From NCBI GenBank assembly GCA_054600435.1, contig BAAIJX010000010.1:1-64000 (forward strand): 64,000 nucleotides of DNA, in the 5' to 3' direction. The first letter of the stretch is position 1. Every line of letters starts with the position of its first letter. Shown here one piece after another: positions 39,793 to 52,965 of the stretch. Below the pieces are notes generated by a model. It had not been told where the DNA came from. It saw only the letters and a program-made list of their open reading frames with translations, and searched no databases. The position numbers were made by a program, and so were the translations under genes. This DNA comes from Neophaeotheca triangularis (lineage: Eukaryota).

Positions 39793-40588
39793 GTTTGAAG
39801 GTAGAAAAGAGACGAAAGGTTGAGAAGTGTACGATGCTTACCTATTGCTCTCCATGCAGATAGCATCCATTACCAGCATAACGGAGCGTACCTTAGGTAG
39901 TACCTACATAATGATTGACGTTGGTGACGATTATCGTGGAGCTTGTATGTCTGATAACCGAGGTGGAGGTAAAGTAAGGTTGGCGGAGAAGGGGGGCTCT
40001 TAGGGTGAGAGTTTGGGAGCATTTGTGAAGGTGTTCGCTGTGTCCTGGGCATGACACTCTTTATTGCCTTCTTGCGACGTTGACAGTCATTCAGGGTGCC
40101 AGACACGATTGGTCCGCATGAGTTGTCGTGTTTAATGATCGGGTGCAAGGGAGACAGACATAGCCTGTAAACGGCAAGAGCAGAATGTAGGTCGACAGTG
40201 CGTCCCCCTGGCTCAGTCTTGTCGAAATTAGCTATGTACGACCGTGAAACCATTACTTGAGCCAATCCTCCCAGAAGGCCATTATCCATCCGCCGCCGGG
40301 AGAGGACTAGGAGGTAGGAGTTACTGGTAGAGGGAACTTACAATTGCCCCTGGCAATAATGTGGCAATTCATTCAAGGTCTTATCTAGACATCAAGAGGC
40401 AGTTGAGGTCTGACCAGAAAATACACCCGAGTCAATCGACATACAGCAACGAGGCCTTTCTTTAGCCAGGGAATATTCAAATTCATGCTTGCAAGCCAAA
40501 CTAGTACCTTCCTAGCTACAACTTATTACATCCTAGTCACAAATACCTGCCTCCATACCCACCATCATAAACCTCGTGAATCCTTCGT

Positions 40589-43500
40589 CTAGTTGGTGTG
40601 GTTGCCGTAACCATGACCACCATGACCACCGTGACCACCGTGGCCAGAGCTGCACTTGCTGCACTTGCCGTAGTCCTGGCCAGGGCCTTGGCCCTCCTCG
40701 GCATCACCGCCGTTGCCACCATCAAAGCTGGGCAAGTTGGCAGGCATAGTTGCCTGAAGAGGCAAGTTCCTGCTGGAAGCACCAACGAAAACCGTCTTGG
40801 GGTAGTCGGTGATGACCCAGTTCTGGCTGACAGTGTCCCAGTTGGAGACGTCCCTCCTAGTAAGCTGGAAGACGTACTCCCTGCTCTCGCCGCAGGCGAG
40901 GTGCATGCGGTCGAAACCACGGAGAACGACTGCTGGCTGGTCAGGGCCACCGTGGTTGATGTAGAGCTCAGCGACTTCGTCACCGTCGTAGTCGCCGGTG
41001 TTGGTGACCGTGGCACGGACCTCGTAAAGGATGTCGTAGAGCTGGGCGTTACCGCCGGGAGCGCCACCGGCCGGGAGCACAGGCTGAGGAGACGAGTCTT
41101 GGGCGCCCTCGGGGATGATTGGGTTGCCGTAGTCCGGGTCCTGGGACGCTTCCTCGAGATCAGTGCCGTTCAGGTAGGGGTAGATGAAGAATGGCACAGG
41201 CGTGATGCCGTCGGCCTCGTAGGTGAAATCTTCTGCTTGACCGGGCGTGCCGAGAACGGGAGCTTCCTCGGTGAAACCGCTGTTGGGGACGTATTCTCCA
41301 GCTTCAATGGGTGTGATGCTGAGGTCGGAGTACTCAAAGGTGGTGTAGCTCAAACCATAACCGAACTCGTAGATGGGATCGATGCCCGCTTTGTCGAATG
41401 CGCGGTAGTCAAGGAACACTCCCTCTTCGACCTGGATCTGAGGGATATCGCCGTTCTGGAAGTAGAGCAGGTCGTTCCCGTAGTCCTGGCGACGAGCCCC
41501 AATTGTGAACGGAAGCTTGCCACCGGGGTTTTGACGGCCGTAAAGGATATCGGTAATAGAGTTGCCGCTCTCCTGCCCAGGAAGACCTGCGAACAAGATA
41601 GCAGTGACGTTGGGGTTGTCATACCAAGGCATCGTGATTGGGCCGACGGCATGGATAGTGACGATAGTGTTGTCGCAGTAAGCTGTAACCATCTCGACAA
41701 GCTCGTCACCATTTCCCCAAGCGGTCAAGTTCTGCCTGTCACCCTCGTTACCATCGACGGAAATGTAGCCCTCGCCACTGTTGGCGTTGATGAAAACCAG
41801 GGCAACTGTAGCTTGTTCGGCGACATCTTGGATGTGACCCTCGTCGTAGTTGTCGAACAAGCCCTCCACGATACCGGCGCCACCCTCGAGGGCACGGCGT
41901 TGGATAGCTTCGTAAGGGGTGATCTAAGTAGCGTGTTAGTCCAACGTTCATCGTAGTGCAATTTGTTGACGAGTCTTTGTGGGCAAGCGCGTAGACTGCT
42001 TTCCTGGCGGGCAAGCAAAGGAGAAAGGGTGCGGCCGCGAGAGCTCGTGGAGTGACAGGATGTTTTGCAGAGAGGCCGAAGCTTGCGGTCACTTGGCTGT
42101 AGGACAGGCAGAAATCGCCGAGATGGCAGTCACTGGTTCGTGTTGCGGTAGAGGGATGATAGGGAGATTTGCTCGGAGCACAGAGTGCATTGCACGCTCT
42201 CCTGGCTTGTTAAAACTTACCAAGTAAGGGTATTCTGCGGTACCGGAGCCCCCTATCAAATTTTATTAGCCGAATGCTCACAGTGCAGTGTTGGAAGTTA
42301 CTAACATCCTTGTGCAAGAGTGCCATCGTTACAGCCACGATCAGGGCATCCATTGGCACCTCGTGGGTTAGGTCCGGCATCTTCACCTATAATGGCGACG
42401 AATTGCTCGTCTCCCTTCAAGGGCAAAGCTTGGTTCTCGTTCTTGAGAAGGACAGTTCCCTTGGCGGCCATTTCGCGAATGAAGGCTGCGTGGTTAGCCT
42501 GAACGTTGACCCTCTCGTTGAGGAGCTGGAAGCCCTCCTCAGCGAAGTAGCGTAGGTATCCGAACTCGCGCCTGGTCCAGGAGCTGAAGTTGATGTCGAT
42601 CTGGGCCTCGTCTCTGCCGACGTAGTAGAAAGCGGCCATGATACGGGTCGCCATGTCGTCAACACGGTATTCGGGAACGGTACCGTTGAGAACGGCGATT
42701 GTCAAGTTCGTCCCCCAGAAACTGTAACCGGTGTTAAACGATGTATCACCAGGCATTGACACTGAACGATTGTTAGCATAGGTACGTGTGAGCATGTACT
42801 GAGGCTGAGAAGACTCACTATCTAGGCCGGAGAATGCCGAGCCATATCCGGAGTGCTGAGCCTGCCAATCGGACAGAACGAATCCCTGGAAGCCCAGCTC
42901 GCCCTTGAGAAGGTGGTTCATGGTGTAAGAGTTGTCACAACCGTAGCTGTTGTTGATCTGTTGGTAGGAGCACATGATAGACCCGGTGCCAGCCCGCACG
43001 GCGTCGGCAAAGGGCCACATGTACACCTCGTGCATCGTGGTGTCGTCGATGTTGACGCTGACGGTCTCGGTGATGTTGAAGCCATAGCCGTTGGCCTCGG
43101 GGACCTGACGGAAACGCTCCTGCTCGTTCATGCTACGTTCGTAGTTAGTAAGCGTCGCACCTCTCAGGGAGCGTCTTGGCGCCGAGAGCGCGAGAACAGC
43201 TTTTTGACTTACATCCAGTGCTTGGTGCAGGCGATGACATTTGACTCTTGAATACCTTTTACGGTCTCGTAGACAGCTGCACCCTCGAGGTATGGGTCAT
43301 GGGAAAATCCTTCCTGTTGGACGATGCTTCGTTAGTGGAAAGCTGCATGGAAATGCAGCATGCTGTTCCCGGAACGTACCCAGTTGCGACCTCCTGCTGG
43401 AGAACGTCCGAGTGGACCGATTGCAGGTCCAAGTTGAACGTCAACGCCCTTGTTCTTGTGCTCTTCTCCCATCTGTCGACCCCTTTCGCGGATCAACTGC

Positions 43501-44194
43501 AAGTAATGTCAGTTGGCCTTGTCACAAAACACAAATGTCGTTCCTCAGCGGGTAATCTTACCCCCCTGTCCCATGTAGTGCCAGTAGTAACGCCGCCCGG
43601 GAAGGCAGATACATATTCGGCGAACCTAATGCCCATCGGAGAGTCTTGCAAGCAAAGCCCTCTGAAGTCCAGACGGGGAATCGCACCGACCTCACCCACA
43701 CACCTGGCGCTTTGCCAACTATCCCGGCGTCAGCAATGTGCAGCGGAAACAGCGCGAAGTCTCAACCGATTAAACCCAAGCGATGGCAAATGTAGGCCGG
43801 GGGCCGACTCGCTTGATCGATTGACTACTTTCCCGCGGTCATAAGGATGGAGAGTACTCACCCAACGCCGGTGGTAAGGTTGACCTTCTCGGCCAGAGTC
43901 AATTGCCCGACAAACTCTTGAGCACGCTGATAGGCATCACCCCAGTCACCGAGACCAGCGATCCATGGCGCAGGGAACGATTCAGGACCAAATTGGCCGT
44001 ACACGGCGCCTGCAGCAGCTTCTGGATCGACGAACCCCTCGTAGACAGTATCCGGGAACTGCAAGATTATTTAGCATCAGAGCACGATGGCGAAGCTTGG
44101 GACTGCAACGTACAGGAGCGGTTTCGTTGCCTTCATCTTGCGCAAAGGCAAGAGAGGCGCTGAAAAGCGCCAAGATTGCTTGCTTCGACCACAT
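40589..44194 (-). CDS. Secreted GH3 beta-glucosidase, 9 exons: 44194-44114, 44058-43862, 43718-43562, 43496-43380, 43313-43213, 43132-42819, 42761-42306, 42252-42221, 41923-40589
   Basis: Signal peptide; [34 protein letters not shown], nucleophile motif [23 protein letters not shown] and a FnIII-like domain; all introns GT-AG and frame-consistent. Confidence 0.95.
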
Positions 44195-46193
44195 TTTCGA
44201 AAGAAGAACGACAGCTGAACGAAGCAAAAATCGATCGAGTGAGGGCGAGGGACGACCGAAGTGGATTTATAGTCGATGCGGTTGGTCGCCCAAGCACAAC
44301 AATAATAACAACAACGTCATGACCACCAGGATTGGTGAGTTGCGCCGGGGAACAACAAGCAGGAAAGCATAATGATAATTACCAAGCCGCCCTACCAGCG
44401 CATGGAACACAGCTCCCTGGCCGCATAATGAGATTGAACCGATATGCGTCTGCTGGGGTTGATGCAGCTGAGGCTTTTTGTTTGTGTCTTGGAAGTGCGG
44501 AAGTCTGCGGTCTACACGGCTGTCGTCCGGGTTGTTGTCAAGCTTGTACCATTGTGGTGCTGGGGATGTGGATACCCCATGTTCACGGGCCACCCGCCTC
44601 CACATTGCCAAGCATCCACGCTGCTGCCAAGAGAGAGGGGTACCTACGACCTCACCTCATCATCTCCTGATTTTTGATCTTGCAAGCCCACATGACATAT
44701 CGCCTTGCAGAGATTTCGGCAAGGGGCTATCTAGGGAGAGATTCAGCGGAGACCATTACCACAATCAAACCATTCTATCGTCACAAGCGCCCGCTATCCG
44801 GCAAATCTAGCGAGTAGCCAAGGGGGGATCAAGTACATCCACTCGCAATAGTAGGTACAGTAGTCTCCATCTACCATCTTGTCAGGTACCGGGCCTAGTA
44901 TTCACGCCCCGCGCCAAGCTTAGAGAGCTCTTGTGGAGCTTAAACTCAAGGTCTTGCTTGACCCGCCGCTCGTCACACTACAACTCGTTCCAAGATGCTT
45001 GATATCAGCATAGCACGCAGTACCTTCTTAGCAAACCATAACAATTGAAACGAGGCTGGACGACCTACCTGTATCATCGACGACCGTGGCTGGGGCATCA
45101 GCCTTGTCCTGGAATCTTAGTACCAGCATGGACGCTGACAGGCGGCCTTTAAGAGCCCGCATGCTCTCACCCGTCCAGGCCGCGCACATGCTTTCTCCAC
45201 CGCTGGCACGGTGGCCGGACATTTCACGATCCCCATCATGTGCGCGGGATTTCGGGCCGCCTAATTCATCCGTGCCTTGAAATCGCCACAGGCTATAGCT
45301 CTCTTTGTTATTGCTAGCTTACCTTAGTCGGACTATGCAGTAGCATGCAACACAGCTAACTAGGTGGCGGGCGGGGGCTTTTGTTGTGATCAAGTGACAG
45401 GAGGAAATCCGGCTGCATGATACTTGGCATCGACAGCCGTTGCACCGATGTTGACCGGATGGAGCTACACCAGCACGCAATGCACCGGCATGCAGAAGTC
45501 CGAAGGCTGGTGCTTTCCTAGGATCTAGAATCATCCGGCTGGACTCTGGAGATCTTCCTGCTCATGTACCGCGCATCGGCCGCGGAATAGTGAGAATGCA
45601 AACCGTAAGGCTGAGACGGCGAGGTAGCATTGGCCTGACTTGAACTTTGTTGTCCAGGAAAAGCGACAATCCATATATCCCGCCAGCCTGAGATTGTGTC
45701 ACATCTGATCTCGGCGGTATCACGGTTCTGTCCTCAGCGCACTACACAACGACCCAACGAGGCTACAGCAAATGACGCTGGAACACCTCCAGGTAGTATC
45801 AATACAATATCTGATTTCGCAAATCGTTGCCGGGAGTGGCTAAACCCAGCTGATGTTAGGCGGACCCAAAGCGTCTCCGGCCGGCAGTCATCAGCTCTGC
45901 CGAACACTTCACCTACACGATTTAGGGCGATGTCCGAACCGAGAGGGCTGCTCGAACTGTACTTTTGCGCTGCTTGGCTCTGTTTCGGCCAGGGATTTAA
46001 AAAAAGATACTTGATACTGAATATTCGTTCCCCTCATTACCCAAGACTTTTCAAGAGCCGCGTCAACGGACAAGGCCCGGGAACGCGTACCCAAAAGTCT
46101 CGGTGGCCGGCCAAAGCACCCCGACCTTCTCAAAGATGTTCCCGGCGGGGTGTCGGTCCATTTGACCCAGAGCAGGAGCACCCATCGAACCGT

Positions 46194-48192
46194 CTAGGAT
46201 CCCATCGCTGCCTCGCAAGCCCTCCCAACAGTCATGGAGCCATTGCTCCTCCTCGCAGCAGCATCGTACAACCCCTGAATGTCCGCTTGCCAAGCATCAA
46301 CGTCCGGTCTCAGGATCCTCCGATCGTACGTCAACAACCCATTCACCTCGCCCTCGACATCAGTGGTCTGAGTCCACACAGCGCCGCTGCATGCGAACAT
46401 CTCAATCTGCTCCGTCAGCTCCGATAACAGCACATGCGCGCGATAGTTGTAAGCGTCGAGCGAGGTGTTGATCTCGTAGGTCTGGTTGATGGTGTCGATA
46501 GCCGCCTGCACGTTCCAAAGATGCTCGATGGAGACGTTGTTGCCGATGCCGCCGAATTCGCCCTGGAAACCGATGCGGGTTGGGTCGTAGGGTGTCGATG
46601 GGGTGGAGTAGAACGGCGAGCCGCATTGTGGATTGGCGTAGTGATGATTGTCGTGATAGTCACCGGCGCCGTGATCGTCCCATCCGCTCACCGCGTCGAT
46701 CAGACGTGTGCCGCCGTCTAGCTGGTTTACGAGGTAGGTGAGGCCAAACTCTGGATAGTAGTCCTCGGTGATCTGGCCCCAGCCTTCGTTGTAGATGACC
46801 CAGGTGATGATAGAAGGGAAGAATTTGCGCTGATTGATGAGGAGCGTGAGTTGTCTCTGAAACTCGTCCTGTTGCTCGGCATCCGGAATTGCGTCTGCTT
46901 TCAGGGATGGCATGTCTTGAACGACCATGAGACCGAGCTGATCGCAGGCTTGATAGAACAGGCTCGTCTCGACTTTGATGTGCTTCCTCACGGTGTTGAA
47001 GCCTAGCTCTTTGAGCGACTGCAGGTCGTATACCATGGCTTCTCGATTAGGTGGAGTGTAGATACCGTCAGGCCAGAATCCCTGATCGAGCGTGGCAAAC
47101 TGGAAGACAAACTCGCCATTCAGGAGCGGTCGTTCAACGCCATCGATCACGCCACGAGAGATGGTCCGGAAGCCGAGGTAACTGTCGACCGTATCACCTC
47201 CAAGACTGATGGAGACGTTGTACAGAGTGGGCGAATCTGGCGACCATAGTTTGGGAGAGTCGACCGCAAACGAAAAAGCGGCGTTCGCTGCGAAAGTCTG
47301 CGTGGAAACGGAATGTCCGTCTTGGTCGTAGACCTCCATACTTACTTCGGACGCAGTGTCGTTGCAGCTCGATACGGTGACATTGACTATTTTTATCAGC
47401 GGCGAGCCTCGACTACATGCATCGTCAAGACTTACCTCGACCGTTCATGTCAGCCGACACATCAATTTCGGTGATGTGATTCGCCGGTGCAGCTTCGATC
47501 CAGACCTGCTGCCAGATTCCCGAGCACGGGGTGTAGAAGATGTGAGAAGGGTTTCTGGTTTGCTTGCCTATGTCACCATGTCAGCAGAAACGCAACACAC
47601 TTCGACACTCCAGGGAAAACTCACCAATAGGAATGACATATTCGTCCGTATCCGTAGGATCATGAACAAACACCAAAAGCTCATGAGACCCGCCCGCCGA
47701 GACGTAATCGGTGATATCGACGACAAAAGCAAAATACCCGCCTCGGTGGAAAGCAACCTGCTGCCCATCGAGGTAGACGGTAGCTTCGTAATCGACCGCG
47801 GCAAAGTTCAACAAAACCGCATCCCCAGCCCATTCCCCAGGAACCTCAAACTCCCTCGCAAACCAAGAGAAGGTCGTATCGCGGCCCTGGATACCGCTCA
47901 AACCACTCTCAAGGCAGCTAGGGACGAGCACTTCATTCGCGAGGGTTTGGCCGAATGGCGGCGCAGAGTCGAGGCTCGAGGCGTTTTGGTAGGTCCAGAT
48001 GCCGTTTAGGCTTTGCCATTTGCTGCGCTGGAGTTGCGGGCGGGGGTATTCGGGCCAGGGGTTTGTGCCGACTGAGTAGGTCCAGGGCGTGTCTAGTGGG
48101 GGTTGTTGGACGCTGTAGGGGATGGCGGTGGTGTTTTGGGCTAGGCAGAAAGAGATGAGGGCTAGTAGTGAAGCTAGCTGGAGGGCAAACAT
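46194..48192 (-). CDS. Secreted GH2 glycoside hydrolase (beta-galactosidase/glucuronidase-like); exons 48192-47625, 47567-47436, 47386-46194
   Basis: Signal peptide; PEYPRPQLQR, LNFAAVDY, PIGKQ, SGIWQ, LDQGFWPDGIYT, RKHIKVE, WVIYNEGWGQ, GEFGG. Confidence 0.92.
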
Positions 48193-49636
48193 GGTGGTGG
48201 TTGGTTGGTTGGTTGGACTGAAATTGGAGGATGGTGTTGGAGGAATGAGAAAGATAGATCACGCTGAGTAGTAGTTCTCCCTTCCTATTCTGTTGGTTGT
48301 TTCGAGTCAATGTGGAGGAAGGCTGGAGTTGGGAGAAACAGGAGGGAGAGAAAACACAGTCGAGTAATCGGAACCTGTACCTGCTTACCCAGTGACTCTT
48401 CCGGAAAGTAGGTAGAGGGAGTGAATGAAACGAGACCAAGCAGTGACGATGACTTTTATATTCCCTCCCATCTGGCCCAGGACGAACAAGCATCCAACGT
48501 CGCATAACTTAGCATTCAGAGCTTCTCAACCTAGATGCAGACGGGTCACACTCTCCCGGCCGACGACGCAGTCAGTAAACGTCCTCCTTCCTATCAAGAC
48601 CATGCATCCACTACCAACTCAGTCTCAGGGCTCGTGAAGATCGTCACGACGTCCCGACGACCAGAAACACGCCCTGCGGCCCGCACGCCTCCACATCCCA
48701 TCACTCGCGATGTATCAGCAGGCCTTACCCGGTACCAAGTCGTCGGAGGCAGGGTTGCTATCACCGCGGTCAAGCGATCATGACGAACTGCTCGCGATTA
48801 GGATCATGGAAGTGACTGGCGCGGAAAGCAGTGGAGAGGTCGGAAACTCTACCCTTGGCGTGATCAGCCTTAGCCCCGCGTTCCACCCCTCACAAATTCA
48901 TCGGAAAGTGAACCTTGAATGGACGTTTTGCAGCTGTGAGCTTACCTACCGGGAGCTAGCGATGCTTAAGAAGCTTTCACACTGGCACGCGACCTTCACG
49001 TTTACAGTCGTTGTGGAAAGGTTTTTGGTGTCGCTGGTCTGTCAGGTGGCTCTTTAATGTTACACCTGGAAGAGCCGGTTTGCAACTTTCGAGTACACCA
49101 TGTGAGGCAGTGCATGGCGAGGCGAACGTGAATTCATCAGAGGCGAGGATGGCGCGTGCGACAACTTGCCATGTGCGCACACGTAGCTGTTACTTTGGAG
49201 ATCGATTGGCCGGAGCAGGTACTTTGATTGACGGCTCATGACTGCAAAATCGTCGTGTAACAGGAAGGGCATGCTCGGACGTGTGAAGAGAATCAGTGCA
49301 AGGGCGGGAACACAGAAGCTCGATTGACGATCGCGGCAAGCAAGACTGCCGAAACACAGACTGCGCTGTCTGCTGATACCCGGCGGTAGCGCCTTGAGTC
49401 TAGCTCTCAGGCAGCGGTGGTGGCTCCAGGGGTGTAGTCAGCTTCGCCGGGGAGCGTTGATTCTTTGATACCATGGACGGTGGCTGAAGGACTCAAGAGA
49501 CATGCTGTTCACTCTTCCGGCAAGAGGCGAACGTCGAGTGTCAAAGGTCTTGCGATCTCCAAGCAATTTGGATTGTGGCAGACAAAGCTTTTGGGTTACA
49601 GAAGTAACGATACAAATACACACGAGCAGCCCAAAA

Positions 49637-50826
49637 CTACCTCTCATTGGGCTCGCGACCCCTGCCTTCGCCGTCCGTCGTCCTGGGCACAGCTTCTACA
49701 TCCTCCCGGTTGTGTCGATACATGAAGAACTGAGCAAACACTCCCACGTCAAGGAAAAGGGTACCCAGACTACCGATCAGCCAGCTGAGGTTCACCAAGA
49801 TGTATTTGCCATAGATCGCTGCAGCCTCGCCATCCTGACAGCTGCTTGGCTCCCGGTGGCCATGGTGATGTCTGCTGCAAATAGGCTCGAAGGCGAAGAT
49901 GCTGAAAACATACGTCGCGTTTCCCAGGCAAGCAAAAAGGAAGAAGAGGGCGTTGAGACCTTCGGTCGATTTCCTGCGGTAGTTGAGTAGGAGCTGCGGA
50001 GCTCGAGATGCCAAGTAGAGCACTGCGCAGACGTAGCCGAAGATTTGCCCCCAAAGGTTGAACTGGAGACTGTCTTTCTGCTCATCAGCCTCTGTCTTGC
50101 CATGGTGGCTAGATGGCTTCTCGGGGCTGAGGTAGTATCCGGCAATGCCCGCTAGAATCACCAGCAAGATTGCAGTACTGTTGAAAAAGATGGCTTGAGT
50201 CCAGCTGCGAGGTTGGGATGGCTTCACAGCCTCTTCGTCCGGGACATCCTTCGGCTGAGGGTGCATTGGCGTCGCCGGAGAGAGGTGAGTGCCATCCAGG
50301 CTGGCGAACCGTTCACGGAAAGCTGATTGAGACCTGTGCCTGTCTCCGGCGCCCGTAGGCTGGTTGGCGCCCTCGGTGTTGCCTTCGGTATTGCCATTGA
50401 TCAGAGGGGTGCGCTCAGAAGCATTGCCGTTGCCGTTTGCGCTCGCTTTGGGCTCCGGTTTGGGATCCCTAAAGGTGAAACCTCGGTAGTAGAAACACTG
50501 CAAGAGGAGTACAATGTCGGCGGCAGTATAGTAGATGGCCAGAATGATCTGCGAAGTCTTTTTAGTAAACCGCTACCTTATGATTGAAAAGGCGCACTTA
50601 CCATTGTGGGAAGGACGCCTTGCAGGACGGCGCCCAGAATGTTGAAGACATCTCCTGCCAGCCATATGATGATGAATTCGATTGACAGACCCTCAGCTGA
50701 GCTCCTCCTGAAGTTCTCAATGATTTGGGGAGAGAAGACAACGACCCAGCAAGCAATGCTGATGGAGCCGCATATGCCACTGATGGCCTCAATGTCGAGG
50801 CTGTAGCCTCCAGACGGGGGGAACAT
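49637..50826 (-). CDS. PQ-loop vacuolar amino-acid transporter (Ypq/PQLC2 family); exons 50826-50602, 50548-49637
   Basis: Two PQ loops: FSPQIIENFRRSSAEGLS and SRAPQLLLNYRRKSTEGL. Confidence 0.92.
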
Positions 50827-51078
50827 GTCGATGCTTCAATTCAATAGGTATGACTTCTCGACTCGACTTTAGAGGCAATGGACTGTATATAATGGAAGTT
50901 ATTCTTTCATCATCCGACCGATACCATCAGGTTCCATTCTCTCACTCGCCCTGAGGCCAGCAACGTCCACCTGGGAAGAATTCGTCGGGTTTTACGTAAA
51001 AGCTTGGCTTCACCTTGCAAAGTCGTACACGAGCACGCTAGAGCGCGGTAGCACGTGCTCGATCTCCGTGAGCCCATC

Positions 51079-51101
51079 AGATTAGATTAGATTAGATTAG
51101 A
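51079..51101. repeat. (AGATT)n microsatellite in the divergent PQ-loop/YAR1 intergenic region
   Basis: Seen directly, about 4.5 copies. Confidence 0.85.
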
Positions 51102-51310
51102 CCCGGATAAGATCTGAGGTGACGTTCGAAAACTTTTGGCAACCTTATATGGAATTCCACTCTGAATACCTTGCCGGACGCGACATCAGCGCATTTACCG
51201 ATACATATACGCAATCTTACCATTAGTCTCAGCTCCTAGATCTCGACACCGCATCCTCATTTCCATCCACCTAATCTTCCCCCGCTCGGCCCCCCTCACC
51301 ACCCACCACC

Positions 51311-51977
51311 ATGGCCTCCGACCCCGCCCTAACCTTCGACGAAGCCGACGACATCCTATACTTCACACGCGTAAACGAGCGCGCGGACCTCGAGCAAACC
51401 ATCTCCGAACTCGCGCAAAAGTACCAAACGCAACCCAGCGCCATTCTCGAAGCGAGCGCCGACCCGGAAAACGGCAACACGCCTCTACACTACTGCGCAG
51501 CCAACGGACACGCCGGTACAGTCTCCCCACTCCCTTTGCACACAAAAACCCGTAGCGTGCAATGTGTTGACAATCTCGCCCCCCTCAGAGCTTCTAACCA
51601 CGCTCCTCAACCACCTCCAACCTACCTCTCCCACGGCTGCAGCACTGCTAAGCCGGCAAAACAAAGAGGGCAGCACGCCCCTCCACTGGGCAGCGCTGAA
51701 CGGGCACCTGGCAGTCGTCAAGACTCTCGTCGAAGCGGGCGCAGACATGTGGGTCAAGAACTCCGCGGGGCATTTGGCCATGTTCGAAGCGGAGCGGAAC
51801 GAGAAGAGTGAAGTTGTGGGATACTTGCTCGAGGCGGGTGGGAAGGATGTTGAGAAGGTTGGGGCTGAGGGAGCGGCTGCGGATGAGGAGTTGAAGGAGA
51901 TGGATCAGGAGGACGAGGTCGTTATGAGAGCGGGGGCTGCTGAGGGGAGTGGGAGTGGGAGTGGGCAGACGGGTTGA
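51311..51977 (+). CDS. YAR1: Ankyrin-repeat protein Yar1-like (Rps3 chaperone); exons 51311-51515, 51589-51977
   Basis: LTFDEADDILYFTRVNE, GNTPLHYCAANGH, GSTPLHWAALNGH, acidic tail; the intron keeps the frame. Confidence 0.8.
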
Positions 51978-52965
51978 GGGGCGAGGGCTGGGTAACAGTC
52001 GTCGATGAATGAAATCGAGAAAGGCGGATGTTGGGTAATGCTTGCAAAGGGCCGCGGCGACGATTTCGCGAGACTACTCATCCGGAACGTAGACACACCA
52101 GGGCTGGCTGTGCTTCACGAAGAATGCGGTAGAGGCCAAGGGCTGGACACTGAGATCCGAAGCCTCGAACCCCCGCCGATAAAGGTCACGCGGAACTCTT
52201 CACTCGCCAAAGTCTGACAAGATAAAGTTCGACCACCGATCACGTAGACGATGAGTGCGGCAACGGTAAACGACGAAGAAGCTACGTAGCTTGAATTGTA
52301 AAGGCCGGGGGCGTCGGGACGATTTCAAGCAGCTACGTACATAGTCCACCCTTGATGCTGGATAGAGCTTCGCAATCAATGTAACAAAGACCGTTCTCCA
52401 GTCGAAAGCCACAGGCCTGGGTATGCCGGATGCATGAGACGTAGCTCGTGAGGTCTGGCAATGTGCCCAATCAGTCTTCCCTTCTATGAAGCGGCATGAT
52501 CCTTTCTCTCGGGCACAAGTTGCTAGCCAAACGGACTTTGAAGCGTGAGCACTTGTCTCCACTGCTGGGGACGGTCAATTCATTCTTCGAAAAGGTCAAT
52601 GCGCTGAAAACTTGAGTTTTACACCAAGGAGCCATCGTGGTCCGACTTGAGGTGTACATCCACTGACTGTGCACAGACTCCTGGCGCCTGAGGTCTTTGG
52701 CGAATAGAAGGCAGGTCGAGGTTCTCGGTAGGAGATGCCGCAGGTGGTATGTTCCTACGGGAGGGTCTTAGACACCGGAAACTCGACTTGATCGCCGAGA
52801 ATCAAGTCTTAATCTTCCACAAGTTGGCCACGCGAGCAAGCTCGTTTCGAGCCGTGGCCGGGGTTTGGGTACAACCTTGCACTCGGCTGCGCAATGGCCA
52901 AAGTGCTTCCTTTGCCGGCGTGGATCTGCGTCGAGATCGGGAGATCTCATAGAGAAAGCACCACT

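Noticed and set aside
45245..45259. CGG...CCG site upstream of GH3 as a ClrB/Clr-2-type element
   Set aside because: The spacer is 9 nt rather than 8, and short motifs like this arise by chance
45696..46427. 243-aa plus-strand ORF overlapping the GH2 3' end
   Set aside because: Antisense overlap, no motif and a GTG start
52150..52215. Minus-strand GGGGGTTCGAGG as a nuclear tRNA T arm
   Set aside because: No convincing T stem, acceptor stem or anticodon arm
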